DNA of 64,000 bases from NCBI GenBank assembly GCA_963825575.1, contig CAWGUB010000018.1, positions 179,419 to 243,418 on the forward strand. Direction: 5' to 3'. A program made the position numbers and the translations under genes. The DNA comes from an uncultured delta proteobacterium (lineage in GTDB: Bacteria; Desulfobacterota; Desulfuromonadia; Desulfuromonadales; BM103). Each line of letters opens with the position of its first letter. Positions within the stretch are counted from its first letter, which is position 1. The notes under the pieces were generated by a model. The model did no database searches. It had not been told where the DNA came from and saw nothing but the letters and a program-made list of their open reading frames with translations. Shown here in pieces: positions 39,028-48,958 of this stretch.

Positions 39028-39423
39028 TTATTTCAGCAGCCGCTGCTTGGTGAATTCAAAATCTTCACGCTTGTAATTGGCCAGTTCGTAGGCCCCCGTC
39101 ATTTCAATGGCCTCAACCGGGCAGGCTTCCACGCAATAACCGCAGAAGATACAGCGCAGCAGATCTATCGTGTAAACTTTCGGGTACTTCTCACCCTGTT
39201 CATTCTCGGCCGACTCTACCGTGATGCACTTGGCGGGACAGACAGTCGGACAGAGATAGCAGGCGACGCACTTTTCGCGGTCCTGGGCAGGGACCAGGCG
39301 ATGCAGTCCACGGAAACGATCGGACGGCGTGAGCTTGACTTTCGGGTACTGCACGGTAGTCGAATGACCCGGCAGCATGTGTTTGAAGGTGATGCTCAGC
39401 CCTTTGGCAAATTCTTTGAACAT
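39028..39423 (-). CDS. nuoI: NADH-quinone oxidoreductase subunit I (2x[4Fe-4S])
   Basis: 131 aa with CVACYLCPTVCP and CIFCGYCVEACP. Confidence 0.9.
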   Translation of the reverse strand: MFKEFAKGLSITFKHMLPGHSTTVQYPKVKLTPSDRFRGLHRLVPAQDREKCVACYLCPTVCPAKCITVESAENEQGEKYPKVYTIDLLRCIFCGYCVEACPVEAIEMTGAYELANYKREDFEFTKQRLLK

Positions 39424-39458
39424 GATCTAGACCTCTTAAAAGACTCAAAGGTAACGGG

Positions 39459-40526
39459 TTATTGCAGGACCACGACCACAAGGCCGGTAACCACGACATT
39501 GGCCAGGGCCAGGGGCAGGAGAACTTTCCAGCCCATGCGCATCAACTGGTCATAGCGGACGCGGGGGAAGGTCGCACGCAGCCACATGAAACAGAACATC
39601 AGGAAATAAATCTTCGCCAGCAACCAGATGAAACCGGGGATCATGTTAAGGGGCCCCCAGTTGAGCGGTGCGCTCCAGCCGCCGAGGAACAGCGTAACGG
39701 CAATCGCCGAGATGACGATCATATTGGCGTATTCCGCCATGAAGAAGAGTGCATACTTCATCGAGGAATATTCAGTACAGAAACCGGAGACCAGCTCGCT
39801 CTCAGCTTCAGGCATATCGAAGGGGGTCCGGTTGATCTCTGCCAGTCCCGTTATGATGAAGAGCCCGAAAGCCAGCGGTTGGGTGAAAACGTACCAGTTC
39901 GGAACAAAGGAACAGACACCCCAGAGAGGCTTCTGCTGCAGAGCAACGATTTCGCGCAGGCTCAAGGTTTCCGAGAGCATGAAAACGGCAATAATCGTCA
40001 GGCCAGCGGCCAGTTCGTAAGAAATCATCTGGGCCGACGCACGGACGCCGCCGAGCAGGGAGTACTTGCTGTTCGATGCCCAGCCTGCCAGAACGATGCC
40101 ATAGATACCGAGGCCGGCGAAGGCCAGGATGTAAAGAACGCCGATATTGAGATCGGTGATCTGCTGGGGAACCATGAAACCGAACAATTTCAGGTCGGGA
40201 CCGAACGGAATGACAGCAACCGTAATCAACGCCGGAACCAGGATCATCGCTGGCGCCAGCAGGAACGGCACGATTGTCGCCTGAGTCGGGATGATCTCCT
40301 CCTTGAAAAACAGCTTGATGCCATCGGCAAACGGCTGCAGGAGACCATGCCAACCGGTGCGCATCGGTCCAAGGCGGGTCTGCATGTGGCCGATGATCTT
40401 GCGCTCCCACCAGGTTGCGTAAGCAACTGACAGCATCACGACCGTAAAGACCACCAGGATTTTCACCAACATGATCCCGATAAAAATTCCGGGACTGTTT
40501 GAGAGGCTCAACATTTCAGGCGTCAT
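39459..40526 (-). CDS. nuoH: NADH-quinone oxidoreductase subunit H
   Basis: 355 aa with WWERKIIGHMQTRLGP and EAESELVSGF motifs. Confidence 0.9.
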   Translation of the reverse strand: MTPEMLSLSNSPGIFIGIMLVKILVVFTVVMLSVAYATWWERKIIGHMQTRLGPMRTGWHGLLQPFADGIKLFFKEEIIPTQATIVPFLLAPAMILVPALITVAVIPFGPDLKLFGFMVPQQITDLNIGVLYILAFAGLGIYGIVLAGWASNSKYSLLGGVRASAQMISYELAAGLTIIAVFMLSETLSLREIVALQQKPLWGVCSFVPNWYVFTQPLAFGLFIITGLAEINRTPFDMPEAESELVSGFCTEYSSMKYALFFMAEYANMIVISAIAVTLFLGGWSAPLNWGPLNMIPGFIWLLAKIYFLMFCFMWLRATFPRVRYDQLMRMGWKVLLPLALANVVVTGLVVVVLQ

Positions 40527-40619
40527 GATCTTCCTCTTCCTCTTATCGGATTAATCTTGCTCTGCGAAATTTATTCACGCCCCGGGTAGAACTTGATCTC
40601 CCGCAGGGTTGCTCGAATA

Positions 40620-43100
40620 CTACTTGGTCAATTTGACCGAAATAACGGCTTCGCCCTTGTAGAGACGATTAACCTGCGCCTCGGCAAAGTGGTAGGGGGC
40701 GAAAACGACCCCCTTAGGCAGACGGTTGCCGACTTTTACTTTCAGCTTCAGTTCTGCGCCGTTGCCGCTCACCTTGATCAGATCACCGTCTGCGACCTGC
40801 AGTCCTGCAGCATCTTCGCGGCAGAGTTCAAGATAAGCTTCGGACAGAACCGCCATCGGACCCTTGGCCCGGGTGGATACCGTACCGCTGTGGTACAGCG
40901 CGCTGCCGGTGACCAGCTTGAAGTCTCCATCGGCGGCGACACCGCCAGCGACCGCAACCAGTGTACGGCTGGCCGGCTGCAGGGTCTCGCCTCCCCAGAC
41001 AACTCCCTGGGGGCCGATTTCGTTGTAATTGAATTCTGCGTAAGCCGGGACTTGCTTGCCAATTTCAGCAAAGATCGCTGCCGGACCGGTAAAGACGAGA
41101 CTGCTGCCCAGCTTGCCTGCCAGGGCGGTCAAAATCGCACCGTCGCTGCGGGCTTCGCCGGGGCTCTTGATCCCGGGGCGGACTCTCTGGATGCGGCGCT
41201 CAGCATTCGTAAACGTGCCATCCTTTTCGGCGAACGACGCTGCAGGGAGAACCACGTCTGCCTGCTCGGCGGTCGGCGACAGGAACAGGTCCTGAACGAC
41301 CAGGAAGGGTACTTGTTCAAGCGCCTTGGCGATACTGTCACGGTCCGGGTAGCTGCTCAACGGATCTTCGGCGACCACGTACAGTGCGTCCAGCTTGCCA
41401 GCGGCGGCAGCGGCCAGCATCGCCTGGGCACCCAACCCCTTGCCTTGCGGCAGAATCCCGAGGTCGATAGCGCCCTGGCTGTTGGCCTTCTCGCCGCAGA
41501 GATACAGGCCGCTGCCTGCTCTGCCGGCAATTCCGGCCAGCATCGCCAGATTGGCCGCTGCAGTTGCCAGTTCCTTGTTCAGCCCCTGATAGGGCAAACC
41601 GTACGCCAGCAGGATGGCGGCATTACCGGCGCCGGCCAGTTGCCTGGCCGCAGCCTGCAGGGCTGCTGCATCCACACCGGTCCGCTTGGCAACCTGGGCA
41701 GGATCGAAGTCGGCCAGAGTAGCTTTCAATTCCTCGACACCGTCAACACCGTCTGTTTTTGCCAGCCCTTCATCAAGCAGGACCTTGCACATCGCGTTGA
41801 CAACATCCAGTTCCAGGCCGGGCTGGCTCAAGAGGGTTTTCGCTCTCGGCAGCTTGCTCAGTTTGCCTTTCTTGTCGGCAACGACCAGGAGCTGTGCTTC
41901 ATTCCGGCGAATCGCCTGGTTGACCACCATGCCGACCACCGGGTGTGTTTCATAGAAATCGGAGCGGATCGCCAGGATGACGTCAGCATTCTCGATCTGC
42001 GGGAAGGTGCCGGTAGAGGCTGTAACACCGAGCGTCTCCTTGAGACCTTCGGTGACGCCCTTGTAGCACTCGCCGCCCGAGTTATCGAGATTTTCAGTGC
42101 CCAGGGTTTTGGCAACCTGCTTAAGCATGAAAAGCTCTTCGTTGGTCAGGCGGGCACCGGACAGGATCCCCGCGCCTTGTCCCTGCTGAGCCTTGGCAAG
42201 GCCGTCGGCTGCAACCTGCAGAGCTTCATCCCACTCAACCTCAACCAGCTGACCGTCTTTGCGTACCAGAGGCTTGGTCAGGCGATCCTCATGGTTGACA
42301 TAGGAATAACCGAAGCGTCCGCGGATACAGAGGTTGCCATCATTGACACCGATCTCATCGTTGAAGCGGATGGTTTCAACCTTATTGTCCTTGACGCCAA
42401 GGGTCACTGTGCAGCCGTTACCGCAGTAACCACAGACGGAGTTGACTTCCTTGATCTGCCATGGCCGCGCCTTGAACTTGAACGGCCGCGGCAGGATCGC
42501 CCCGACCGGGCACAAGGACACGCACTGGCCGCAGAATTCACAGCTCAGGCCGCGGTCATATGCAGTAGCAATCTTGGTTTCAAAGCCACGGTTGATGAAC
42601 GAGTAGGAACCATATCCGACCACCTCGTCGCAAACCCGTACGCAGCGCCCGCAGAGCACGCAGCGGTTCATGTTGCGTTCGATCAGGGGGTTGATCTCGT
42701 CGGTCGGCAGGTCAAATTTCTCACCTTCGAAACGATTGCTGGTCGAACCGAACTCATAGGCCAGGTCCTGCAGGTCACATTCACCGCCCTTGTCGCAGAC
42801 CGGGCAGTCGAGCACGTGATTGACCAGCAGGAATTCCATGACCGTCTTGCGAACTTTCTCGATCTCTTCAGAGGTGGTCGTCACAACCATCCCTTCGCTG
42901 ACCGGCGTGGTGCAGGCTGGGATGAGGCGGCCCTTCATCTGCTCGACCTGCACCAGGCAGAACCGGCAGGCGCCGTAGGGCAGCAACTTCTTGGCGTAGC
43001 AGAGCACCGGGATTTTGATCCCGATTTCCTTGGCCGCTTCGTAGATTGTGGCCGTCTTGCTGACTGTGACCTGTGTACCGTCGATTGTCAGGTTAACCAT
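40620..43100 (-). CDS. nuoG: NADH-quinone oxidoreductase subunit G (molybdopterin-fold, long form)
   Basis: 826 aa with an N-terminal 2Fe-2S fold (MVNLTIDG...CRFCLV), a CPVCDKGGECDLQ motif and 4Fe-4S motifs. Confidence 0.9.
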   Translation of the reverse strand: MVNLTIDGTQVTVSKTATIYEAAKEIGIKIPVLCYAKKLLPYGACRFCLVQVEQMKGRLIPACTTPVSEGMVVTTTSEEIEKVRKTVMEFLLVNHVLDCPVCDKGGECDLQDLAYEFGSTSNRFEGEKFDLPTDEINPLIERNMNRCVLCGRCVRVCDEVVGYGSYSFINRGFETKIATAYDRGLSCEFCGQCVSLCPVGAILPRPFKFKARPWQIKEVNSVCGYCGNGCTVTLGVKDNKVETIRFNDEIGVNDGNLCIRGRFGYSYVNHEDRLTKPLVRKDGQLVEVEWDEALQVAADGLAKAQQGQGAGILSGARLTNEELFMLKQVAKTLGTENLDNSGGECYKGVTEGLKETLGVTASTGTFPQIENADVILAIRSDFYETHPVVGMVVNQAIRRNEAQLLVVADKKGKLSKLPRAKTLLSQPGLELDVVNAMCKVLLDEGLAKTDGVDGVEELKATLADFDPAQVAKRTGVDAAALQAAARQLAGAGNAAILLAYGLPYQGLNKELATAAANLAMLAGIAGRAGSGLYLCGEKANSQGAIDLGILPQGKGLGAQAMLAAAAAGKLDALYVVAEDPLSSYPDRDSIAKALEQVPFLVVQDLFLSPTAEQADVVLPAASFAEKDGTFTNAERRIQRVRPGIKSPGEARSDGAILTALAGKLGSSLVFTGPAAIFAEIGKQVPAYAEFNYNEIGPQGVVWGGETLQPASRTLVAVAGGVAADGDFKLVTGSALYHSGTVSTRAKGPMAVLSEAYLELCREDAAGLQVADGDLIKVSGNGAELKLKVKVGNRLPKGVVFAPYHFAEAQVNRLYKGEAVISVKLTK

Positions 43101-43138
43101 CGTGTCCTCGTATCGTCAGTGAATATCTTTGGTAATTA

Positions 43139-44920
43139 CTATTCAATTGCCATGAAACGGCAGGCGTCGTAACAGGAAGTACACTCGGTGCACACCTCGC
43201 GGTCGATAACGGCCACCTGGCCCTTTTCCCACGTGATGCAGTCTACCGGGCAGACCTTCGGACAAATGCCGCACTTCTTGCATTTCTCTTCGATAACCTT
43301 GAAATGCAGCAGTGGTTTGCAGCTGTGCGATGGGCACTCCTGCTCCTTGATATGCGTTTCGTACTCATGGCGGAAATAACGGATCGTCGAGAGAACCGGG
43401 TTCGGAGCCGTCTGGCCCAGACCACAGAGTGAACTCTTCTTGATGTCGTAGGCCATGTCTTCCAGCAATTCGATGTCACCTTCCTGGCCTTTGCCCTGCG
43501 TGATCCGCTCGAGAATTTCGAGCATGATCTTCAGGCCGATCCGGCAGGGAATACATTTGCCGCATGATTCCACGCGGGTAAAGTTGAGGAAAAAGCGGGC
43601 GATATCGACCATGCAGGTCGTCTCGTCCATGACCACCAGGCCCCCGGAACCCATCATGGCTCCAGCCTTGATCAGGGAGTCGTAATCAACTTCGGCATCC
43701 AGAGCTTCTGCCGGCAGACAACCACCCGACGGGCCACCGGCCTGAACCGCCTTGAACTTGCGGTTATTCAGAATCCCGCCACAGACGTCGTAGATGACTT
43801 CCTTCATGGTGGTTCCGGCAGGGACTTCGACCAGGCCGGTATGCTTGACCTTGCCGGTCAGGGCGAAGATCTTGGTGCCCTTGGTGCCTTCGGTGCCGAT
43901 CGAACTGAACCAGTCGGCGCCGTTGTAGAAGATGTAGGAAACGTTGGCAAACGTCTCAACGTTGTTGATGTTGGTCGGCTTGCCCCAGAGGCCGCGCACT
44001 GCCGGGAATGGCGGACGGGGACGGGACATGCCGCGCTCACCTTCAATCGATGCCATCAGCGCAGTTTCTTCACCGCAGACGAAAGCGCCGGCACCGGCCT
44101 TGATTCGCATATCGAACTTGAAGCCGAGGCCCATGCAGTTGTCACCGAGAATGCCCTTTTCATGGCAGGTGTCGATCGCTTTCTGCAAACGCTTGATGGC
44201 CAGCGGGTATTCCGCGCGGCAGTAGACGTAACCGTAATCACAGCCGATTGCGTAGGCGGCGATCATCATCCCCTCGATCACTCCGTAGGGATCGCCTTCG
44301 AGAACCGAGCGGTCCATGAAAGCGCCTGGGTCGCCCTCGTCAGCATTGCAGATCAGGTATTTGTGATCGCCCGGTGTCGCTTTACAGAAGGACCACTTGA
44401 CACCGGTCGGGAAACCACCGCCGCCCCGACCACGCAGACCGGACTTCTTGACTTCCTCGATGACTTCCTCGGGAGCCATGGTCACAGCCTTCTTGATGCC
44501 TGAGAACCCCTTGTGCGCCAGGAAATCGTCAAGGCTTTCCGCGTCGATGGTGCCGCAGCGAGAGAAGATGATGCGTTGCTGTTTTTCAAGGAACTGGTTG
44601 TAATATTTGCCGGCGACTTTCTTTTCCACAGCCTCGTTCTTGAGCATGTGCTCTTCAACGATCTGCGGCACCAGTTCAGCGGTCACAAAATCGTAGGTCA
44701 CAGCTTCCTGACCGGGCAGTATGACGTCAACCAGAACGTCATTGGCACACAACCCGCGGCAACCGGTCTTCTTGATATCGCAGCGCTTGCCAATCTTGGC
44801 TTCAACACCTTGCTTCGCAAATTCTGACTCAAAGGCATCGATGACGCCCTGGGCTCCGGAGGCGAAGCCACCGGTTCCGGTACAGACAAGTACTTGGATA
44901 TTTTCAGCTGTTTCGGCCAT
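43139..44920 (-). CDS. nuoF: NADH-quinone oxidoreductase subunit F, extended HndC/HydB-like form
   Basis: 593 aa. It has an extra N-terminal thioredoxin-like Cys domain (LVCTGTG...CRGLCAND) and the NuoF core (GRGGGGFPTG, ESCGKCIPCR). An extra C-terminal 2x[4Fe-4S] ferredoxin is present (CKKCGICPKVCP, CTECTSCYDAC). Confidence 0.85.
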   Translation of the reverse strand: MAETAENIQVLVCTGTGGFASGAQGVIDAFESEFAKQGVEAKIGKRCDIKKTGCRGLCANDVLVDVILPGQEAVTYDFVTAELVPQIVEEHMLKNEAVEKKVAGKYYNQFLEKQQRIIFSRCGTIDAESLDDFLAHKGFSGIKKAVTMAPEEVIEEVKKSGLRGRGGGGFPTGVKWSFCKATPGDHKYLICNADEGDPGAFMDRSVLEGDPYGVIEGMMIAAYAIGCDYGYVYCRAEYPLAIKRLQKAIDTCHEKGILGDNCMGLGFKFDMRIKAGAGAFVCGEETALMASIEGERGMSRPRPPFPAVRGLWGKPTNINNVETFANVSYIFYNGADWFSSIGTEGTKGTKIFALTGKVKHTGLVEVPAGTTMKEVIYDVCGGILNNRKFKAVQAGGPSGGCLPAEALDAEVDYDSLIKAGAMMGSGGLVVMDETTCMVDIARFFLNFTRVESCGKCIPCRIGLKIMLEILERITQGKGQEGDIELLEDMAYDIKKSSLCGLGQTAPNPVLSTIRYFRHEYETHIKEQECPSHSCKPLLHFKVIEEKCKKCGICPKVCPVDCITWEKGQVAVIDREVCTECTSCYDACRFMAIE

Positions 44921-44938
44921 AAAATCCTCGATCAGTTA

Positions 44939-45439
44939 TCAATCCATCTGCTGGTATTTTTTAATGACTTCGTCGGTTTTCTGGACGGTCAATGAACCGT
45001 AGGTCCCGTCGCCGACCATGATGACCGGCGCCATACCACAGGCACCGATGCAGGCTACGTATTCGGCGGTGAACTTGAGATCTTCCGTGGTTTCGGCATG
45101 GCCGACGCCCAGGCGTTCCTTGATCGTGTCGGCGATCCGGCCGGCGCCCTTGACGTGACAGGCGGTTCCCATACAGACGCGGATGATGTATTTGCCACGC
45201 GGCTGCAGGTGGAACTGCGCATAAAAGGTCAGTACGCCATAAATCTGGCTTGCGTAGATGTTCAGACGTTCGGCGGTAAGATGTACCGTCGGCTCGGGGA
45301 TGTAGCCGTAAAACTCCTGAATCTCCTGCAGCGCCGGCATCAGGGCACCAGGGAAATCGACATACTTGTCGAGAATCTGGTTCGCTCCGGTCAGGTCGAC
45401 GTCCTGCTCTTCTACTGTGGTTTCGACTGCTTCACTCAT
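44939..45439 (-). CDS. nuoE: NADH-quinone oxidoreductase subunit E
   Basis: 166 aa, thioredoxin-like 2Fe-2S (VCMGTACHVKG...CIGACGMAP). Confidence 0.9.
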   Translation of the reverse strand: MSEAVETTVEEQDVDLTGANQILDKYVDFPGALMPALQEIQEFYGYIPEPTVHLTAERLNIYASQIYGVLTFYAQFHLQPRGKYIIRVCMGTACHVKGAGRIADTIKERLGVGHAETTEDLKFTAEYVACIGACGMAPVIMVGDGTYGSLTVQKTDEVIKKYQQMD

Positions 45440-45466
45440 AAGCTGATTCCTTATCCTCGCGGCAGA

Positions 45467-46645
45467 TTAGCGGTCGATCTCGCCCAGAACGATATCGAGC
45501 GTTCCGATAACCGCGACAACGTCTGCGATCATCGAACCTTCGACCATCTTGGGCAAGGCCTGGAGGTTAATGAATGAGGCCGGACGGATCTTCATGCGAT
45601 ACGGCCGGGGCGATCCGTCGGAAACCAGATAAAAGCCGACTTCGCCTTTGGGGTTCTCGACACCGACATAAACTTCACCAGCGTCGGGCTTGAAGCCCTC
45701 ACTGATAATCTTGAAGTGATGGATCAGGCCTTCGATGGAGTTGACGGTATCCTGCTTGGACGGCAGGACAACTTTCGGTACGTCAGCCAGGATCGGGCCG
45801 GGCTTGAGCTTGTCCAGCGCCTGGTGGATCAGCTTGCACGACTCGCGCATTTCCTTGAGCCGGCAGTGATAGCGGGCCCAGGTATCGCAACCGTCATCGA
45901 CAATCACATCGAAATCATAGTCTTCATAACCTGAGTAAGGCTGGTCGCGACGCAGGTCCCAGTCAACGCCCGAGGCGCGCAGGCAGGGGCCGGTAACTCC
46001 CAGGTCGATGGCATCTTCAGCGCTGAGCATGCCAACGCCCATGATACGCTTCTGCCAGATCTTGTTGCCGGTCAGCAGCCCTTCATAGGAATCGATATAT
46101 CCAGGCATGGTGTTGACAAAATCGCGAATCTCCTTATCCAGACCGGCGGGGAGATCTGCCGAAAGGCCACCAACACGGAAATAGTTGGAGGTCATACGAG
46201 CACCGGAAATCTTCTCGTAGATGTCCATGATGTGCTCACGCTCGCGGAAGCAGTAGATGAACACGGTCATGGCGCCGATATCGAGAGCGTGACACGCCAG
46301 CCACACCAGGTGGCTCTTGAGTCGTGTCAACTCGGCGAGCAGAACACGCACCACCTGGGCACGCTCGGGAATCTGATCGGTGATCCCAAGCAGCTTCTCC
46401 ACGGCCAGCACGTAGCCGAGATTGTTGTGCATGGGGGCCAGATAGTCGAGCCGATCAGTCAACGGCAGGATCTGGTGGTAGGTCCTGTGTTCGGAAAGCT
46501 TCTCAATACCACGGTGCAAATAACCGATATGAGGGGTCGCCTTGCGAACAATTTCGCCGTCCAGCTCCAGAACCAGCCGCAACACCCCGTGCGTCGAAGG
46601 ATGCTGGGGGCCCATGTTGATGGTCATGGTTTCAAAATTCGCCAT
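45467..46645 (-). CDS. nuoD: NADH-quinone oxidoreductase subunit D
   Basis: 392 aa with MTINMGPQHPSTHGVLRL and a C-terminal DIVLGEIDR. Confidence 0.9.
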   Translation of the reverse strand: MANFETMTINMGPQHPSTHGVLRLVLELDGEIVRKATPHIGYLHRGIEKLSEHRTYHQILPLTDRLDYLAPMHNNLGYVLAVEKLLGITDQIPERAQVVRVLLAELTRLKSHLVWLACHALDIGAMTVFIYCFREREHIMDIYEKISGARMTSNYFRVGGLSADLPAGLDKEIRDFVNTMPGYIDSYEGLLTGNKIWQKRIMGVGMLSAEDAIDLGVTGPCLRASGVDWDLRRDQPYSGYEDYDFDVIVDDGCDTWARYHCRLKEMRESCKLIHQALDKLKPGPILADVPKVVLPSKQDTVNSIEGLIHHFKIISEGFKPDAGEVYVGVENPKGEVGFYLVSDGSPRPYRMKIRPASFINLQALPKMVEGSMIADVVAVIGTLDIVLGEIDR

Positions 46646-46700
46646 ATTTCTGCCTCGTCTATATTCAGGAGATACTTGAATTTGTAAAAATAAGGGCTCT

Positions 46701-47180
46701 TTATTCCAGCCGATCCTGGTAGGGCTCGCGGTCGGGGCCCTGCACCGGATAATCCTTGCGCAGCGGGTGACCGACCCAGTCGTCGGGCATCAGGATGCGA
46801 CGCGGGTCAGGATGGTTGTTGAAGGTAATCCCCATCAGGTCCCAGGTCTCGCGCTCCTGCCAGTTCGCCGTCGACCAGACACCGCTCACGGTATCAATCC
46901 GGGCGTCATTCTCTTCAACCGGGGCCTTGATACGCAAACGGGTGTGTGTGCCAATGTTATAGAGGTGATAAACCACCATGAAGCGAGGGGCCTGCCCCAT
47001 GTAATCGACACCACAGAGATCGGTCAGGAAGTTAAAACCAAGCTCTTCCTTCAGGAAAGCGCAAACAGCGACAATATCCTCTTTCTTGACAACCACGGTG
47101 GTTTCACCACGAAATTCGATGGTTTCGAGTACCGTATCGCCGAACTTGTCCTTCAGTTTGTCAGCAGCCTGTACACTCAT
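46701..47180 (-). CDS. nuoC: NADH-quinone oxidoreductase subunit C
   Basis: 159 aa with WQERETWDLMGI and HPLRKDYP. Confidence 0.9.
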   Translation of the reverse strand: MSVQAADKLKDKFGDTVLETIEFRGETTVVVKKEDIVAVCAFLKEELGFNFLTDLCGVDYMGQAPRFMVVYHLYNIGTHTRLRIKAPVEENDARIDTVSGVWSTANWQERETWDLMGITFNNHPDPRRILMPDDWVGHPLRKDYPVQGPDREPYQDRLE

Positions 47181-47223
47181 AAGGTTGTATCCTGTCTATC
47201 TGGGTTAAAGTTGTTGATCGCAA

Positions 47224-47730
47224 TCAACCGTTGATCCGCTCACCAACGCCGATACTGGCGCCGAAGGAATTCTTCTCCTTCATGATCTTTTCCTGCAGCT
47301 TCATCAGGCCGTAGAGCAGGCCTTCCGGGCGGGGCGGGCAACCGGGGATGTAAACGTCGACCGGCAGCGACTCGTCGATCCCCTGGACCGTGCTGTAAGT
47401 GTCGAAGATCCCCCCCGAGCACGCACAGGCGCCCATGGCGATTACGTAACGCGGTTCCGGCATCTGCTCGTAAACCGTTTCGATAACCGGCAGCATCTTC
47501 TTGGTTACGGTTCCGGCGATAACGATAAGGTCGGCCTGTCGCGGTGACGCGCGGAAAAGTACACCAAAGCGGTCCAGGTCAAAACGGGCGGCACCGGTCG
47601 CCATCATCTCAATAGCGCAGCAGGCGAGACCGAAAGTCAGCGGCCAGAGAGATTTAGAGCGAGACCAGTTGACGACCTTGTCAAGCGACGTGGTAATAAT
47701 GTTATTACCCAGAGTTTCCTCTACTCCCAT
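47224..47730 (-). CDS. nuoB: NADH-quinone oxidoreductase subunit B
   Basis: The ATG at 47730 overlaps the nuoA stop (GAATGGGAGTAG). It has [19 protein letters not shown] and PGCPPRPE. Confidence 0.9.
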   Translation of the reverse strand: MGVEETLGNNIITTSLDKVVNWSRSKSLWPLTFGLACCAIEMMATGAARFDLDRFGVLFRASPRQADLIVIAGTVTKKMLPVIETVYEQMPEPRYVIAMGACACSGGIFDTYSTVQGIDESLPVDVYIPGCPPRPEGLLYGLMKLQEKIMKEKNSFGASIGVGERING

Positions 47731-48077
47731 TCCAGAGCTCCTTTTTTCCAAACGTATGCGTAACCAACGAGAAGAATCAGAATAAAGACCCCCATCTCAA
47801 CAAAGCCGAACAGGCCGAGACGCTTGAACATGACGGCCCAGGGGTACATGAATACCACCTCGATATCGAAAACGATGAAGAGCATGGCGATGATGTAGAA
47901 CTTGATGGAGAACCGCTCACGGGCCGAACCGACGGGCGGCATGCCGCACTCGTATGGAGCCAATTTAACCGCTGACGGTTTTTTTTCGCCGACCAGCCGG
48001 GACAGAATGGCCGCTCCGAACGAAAAACATAATGCGATAATGATCAGGGTGAGAATCGGTAGATATCTATCCAGCAT
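47721..48077 (-). CDS. nuoA: NADH-quinone oxidoreductase subunit A
   Basis: The ATG at 48077 (MLDRYLPIL...) gives 118 aa with YECGM and FDIEVVF. Confidence 0.9.
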   Translation of the reverse strand: MLDRYLPILTLIIIALCFSFGAAILSRLVGEKKPSAVKLAPYECGMPPVGSARERFSIKFYIIAMLFIVFDIEVVFMYPWAVMFKRLGLFGFVEMGVFILILLVGYAYVWKKGALEWE

Positions 48078-48154
48078 TGATAGGGTCCTCCTGCCAGGTG
48101 AGTGCAAAATTTCAATGGCCGCAACTATAGCGAAACGGCATTTTGGCCGACTGC

Positions 48155-48183
48155 AAGTTAGGATAAATACGGGGCTTTGTCAA
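48155..48183 (-). promoter_or_regulatory. candidate nuo promoter TTGACA-N17-TAACTT (minus strand)
   Basis: -35 at 48183-48178 and -10 at 48160-48155, about 70 nt upstream of nuoA. The tandem ATACAGT x2 at 48191-48204 lies just upstream of the -35. Confidence 0.4.
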
Positions 48184-48364
48184 GCGAAAAATACAGTATA
48201 CAGTATGCAATCCGAATGCTTGCAAACGCCCATCTTTCGGTACTTTATGATTATTTTAGTCAGGAACTTAAAAAGATAAAAAAGCTTTGGCAATTAGCTG
48301 TCTTAGAGTAGATTAATCCCTTGTTCAGGCAGGCAGGATAAAGGATTAAGAGAGGTGGGGTTAT

Positions 48365-48958
48365 TTAGTCGCGACGTGCGTCAAACTTGTTCATTGCAGC
48401 CAACAAAAGGCCCATGGCGATAAAAGCGCCCGGGGGCAGGATCATCAACAACAGGGGCTGGTAACTCGGCCCGAAGACAGAATAACCGAGCAGGGAGCCC
48501 GAACCGAAGAGTTCACGGACCGAACCGAGGACAAAAAGCGCGAGTGTGAAACCGAGCCCCATACCCACCCCGTCGACAACCGCTGGGGCCAGTCGGTTCT
48601 TCGATGCAAACGCTTCGGCGCGACCGAGGATCAGGCAGTTCACGACAATCAGCGGAATGAAAATCCCCAGCGCCTTGTACAGATCATAGAAGTAGGCTTC
48701 CATGCACAACTGTACAACGGTGACAAAAGAGGCGATGACCACGATAAAGGACGGAATCCGCACTTTTGCCGGGATTAGCTTGCGCAGAGACGACACAACG
48801 ATGTTCGAACACACCAGAACGAATGTCGTAGCCAGCCCCATACCAAGACCGTTTTCGGCACTGGTGGTGACCGCCAGCGCCGGACAGAGGCCAAGCAGCA
48901 GACGGAACACGGCATTGTGCTGCCAGAAGCCTTTACGAAATTCCTGGCCGAGGGTCAT
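48365..48958 (-). CDS. rnfE: Rnf electron transport complex subunit E
   Basis: 197 aa with LLLGLCPALAVTTSAENGLGMGLATTFVL. It is the last gene of the A-B-C-D-G-E order and has a 4-nt overlap with rnfG. Confidence 0.85.
   Translation of the reverse strand: MTLGQEFRKGFWQHNAVFRLLLGLCPALAVTTSAENGLGMGLATTFVLVCSNIVVSSLRKLIPAKVRIPSFIVVIASFVTVVQLCMEAYFYDLYKALGIFIPLIVVNCLILGRAEAFASKNRLAPAVVDGVGMGLGFTLALFVLGSVRELFGSGSLLGYSVFGPSYQPLLLMILPPGAFIAMGLLLAAMNKFDARRD

Noticed and set aside
40593-43172. 859-codon ORF on the plus strand spanning all of nuoG
   Set aside because: It is exactly antisense to a well-supported nuoG CDS. Its composition is Arg/Ala/Gly/Gln-rich with no recognisable motifs. Long stop-free antisense frames are a known by-product of GC-rich codon usage.
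48191-48206. ATACAGTATACAGTAT as a LexA/SOS box
   Set aside because: It is a direct heptamer tandem, not the CTGT-N8-ACAG palindrome, and it does not resemble the GGTT-N10-ACC-type box reported for Geobacter. It is kept only as a possible upstream element of the nuo promoter candidate.
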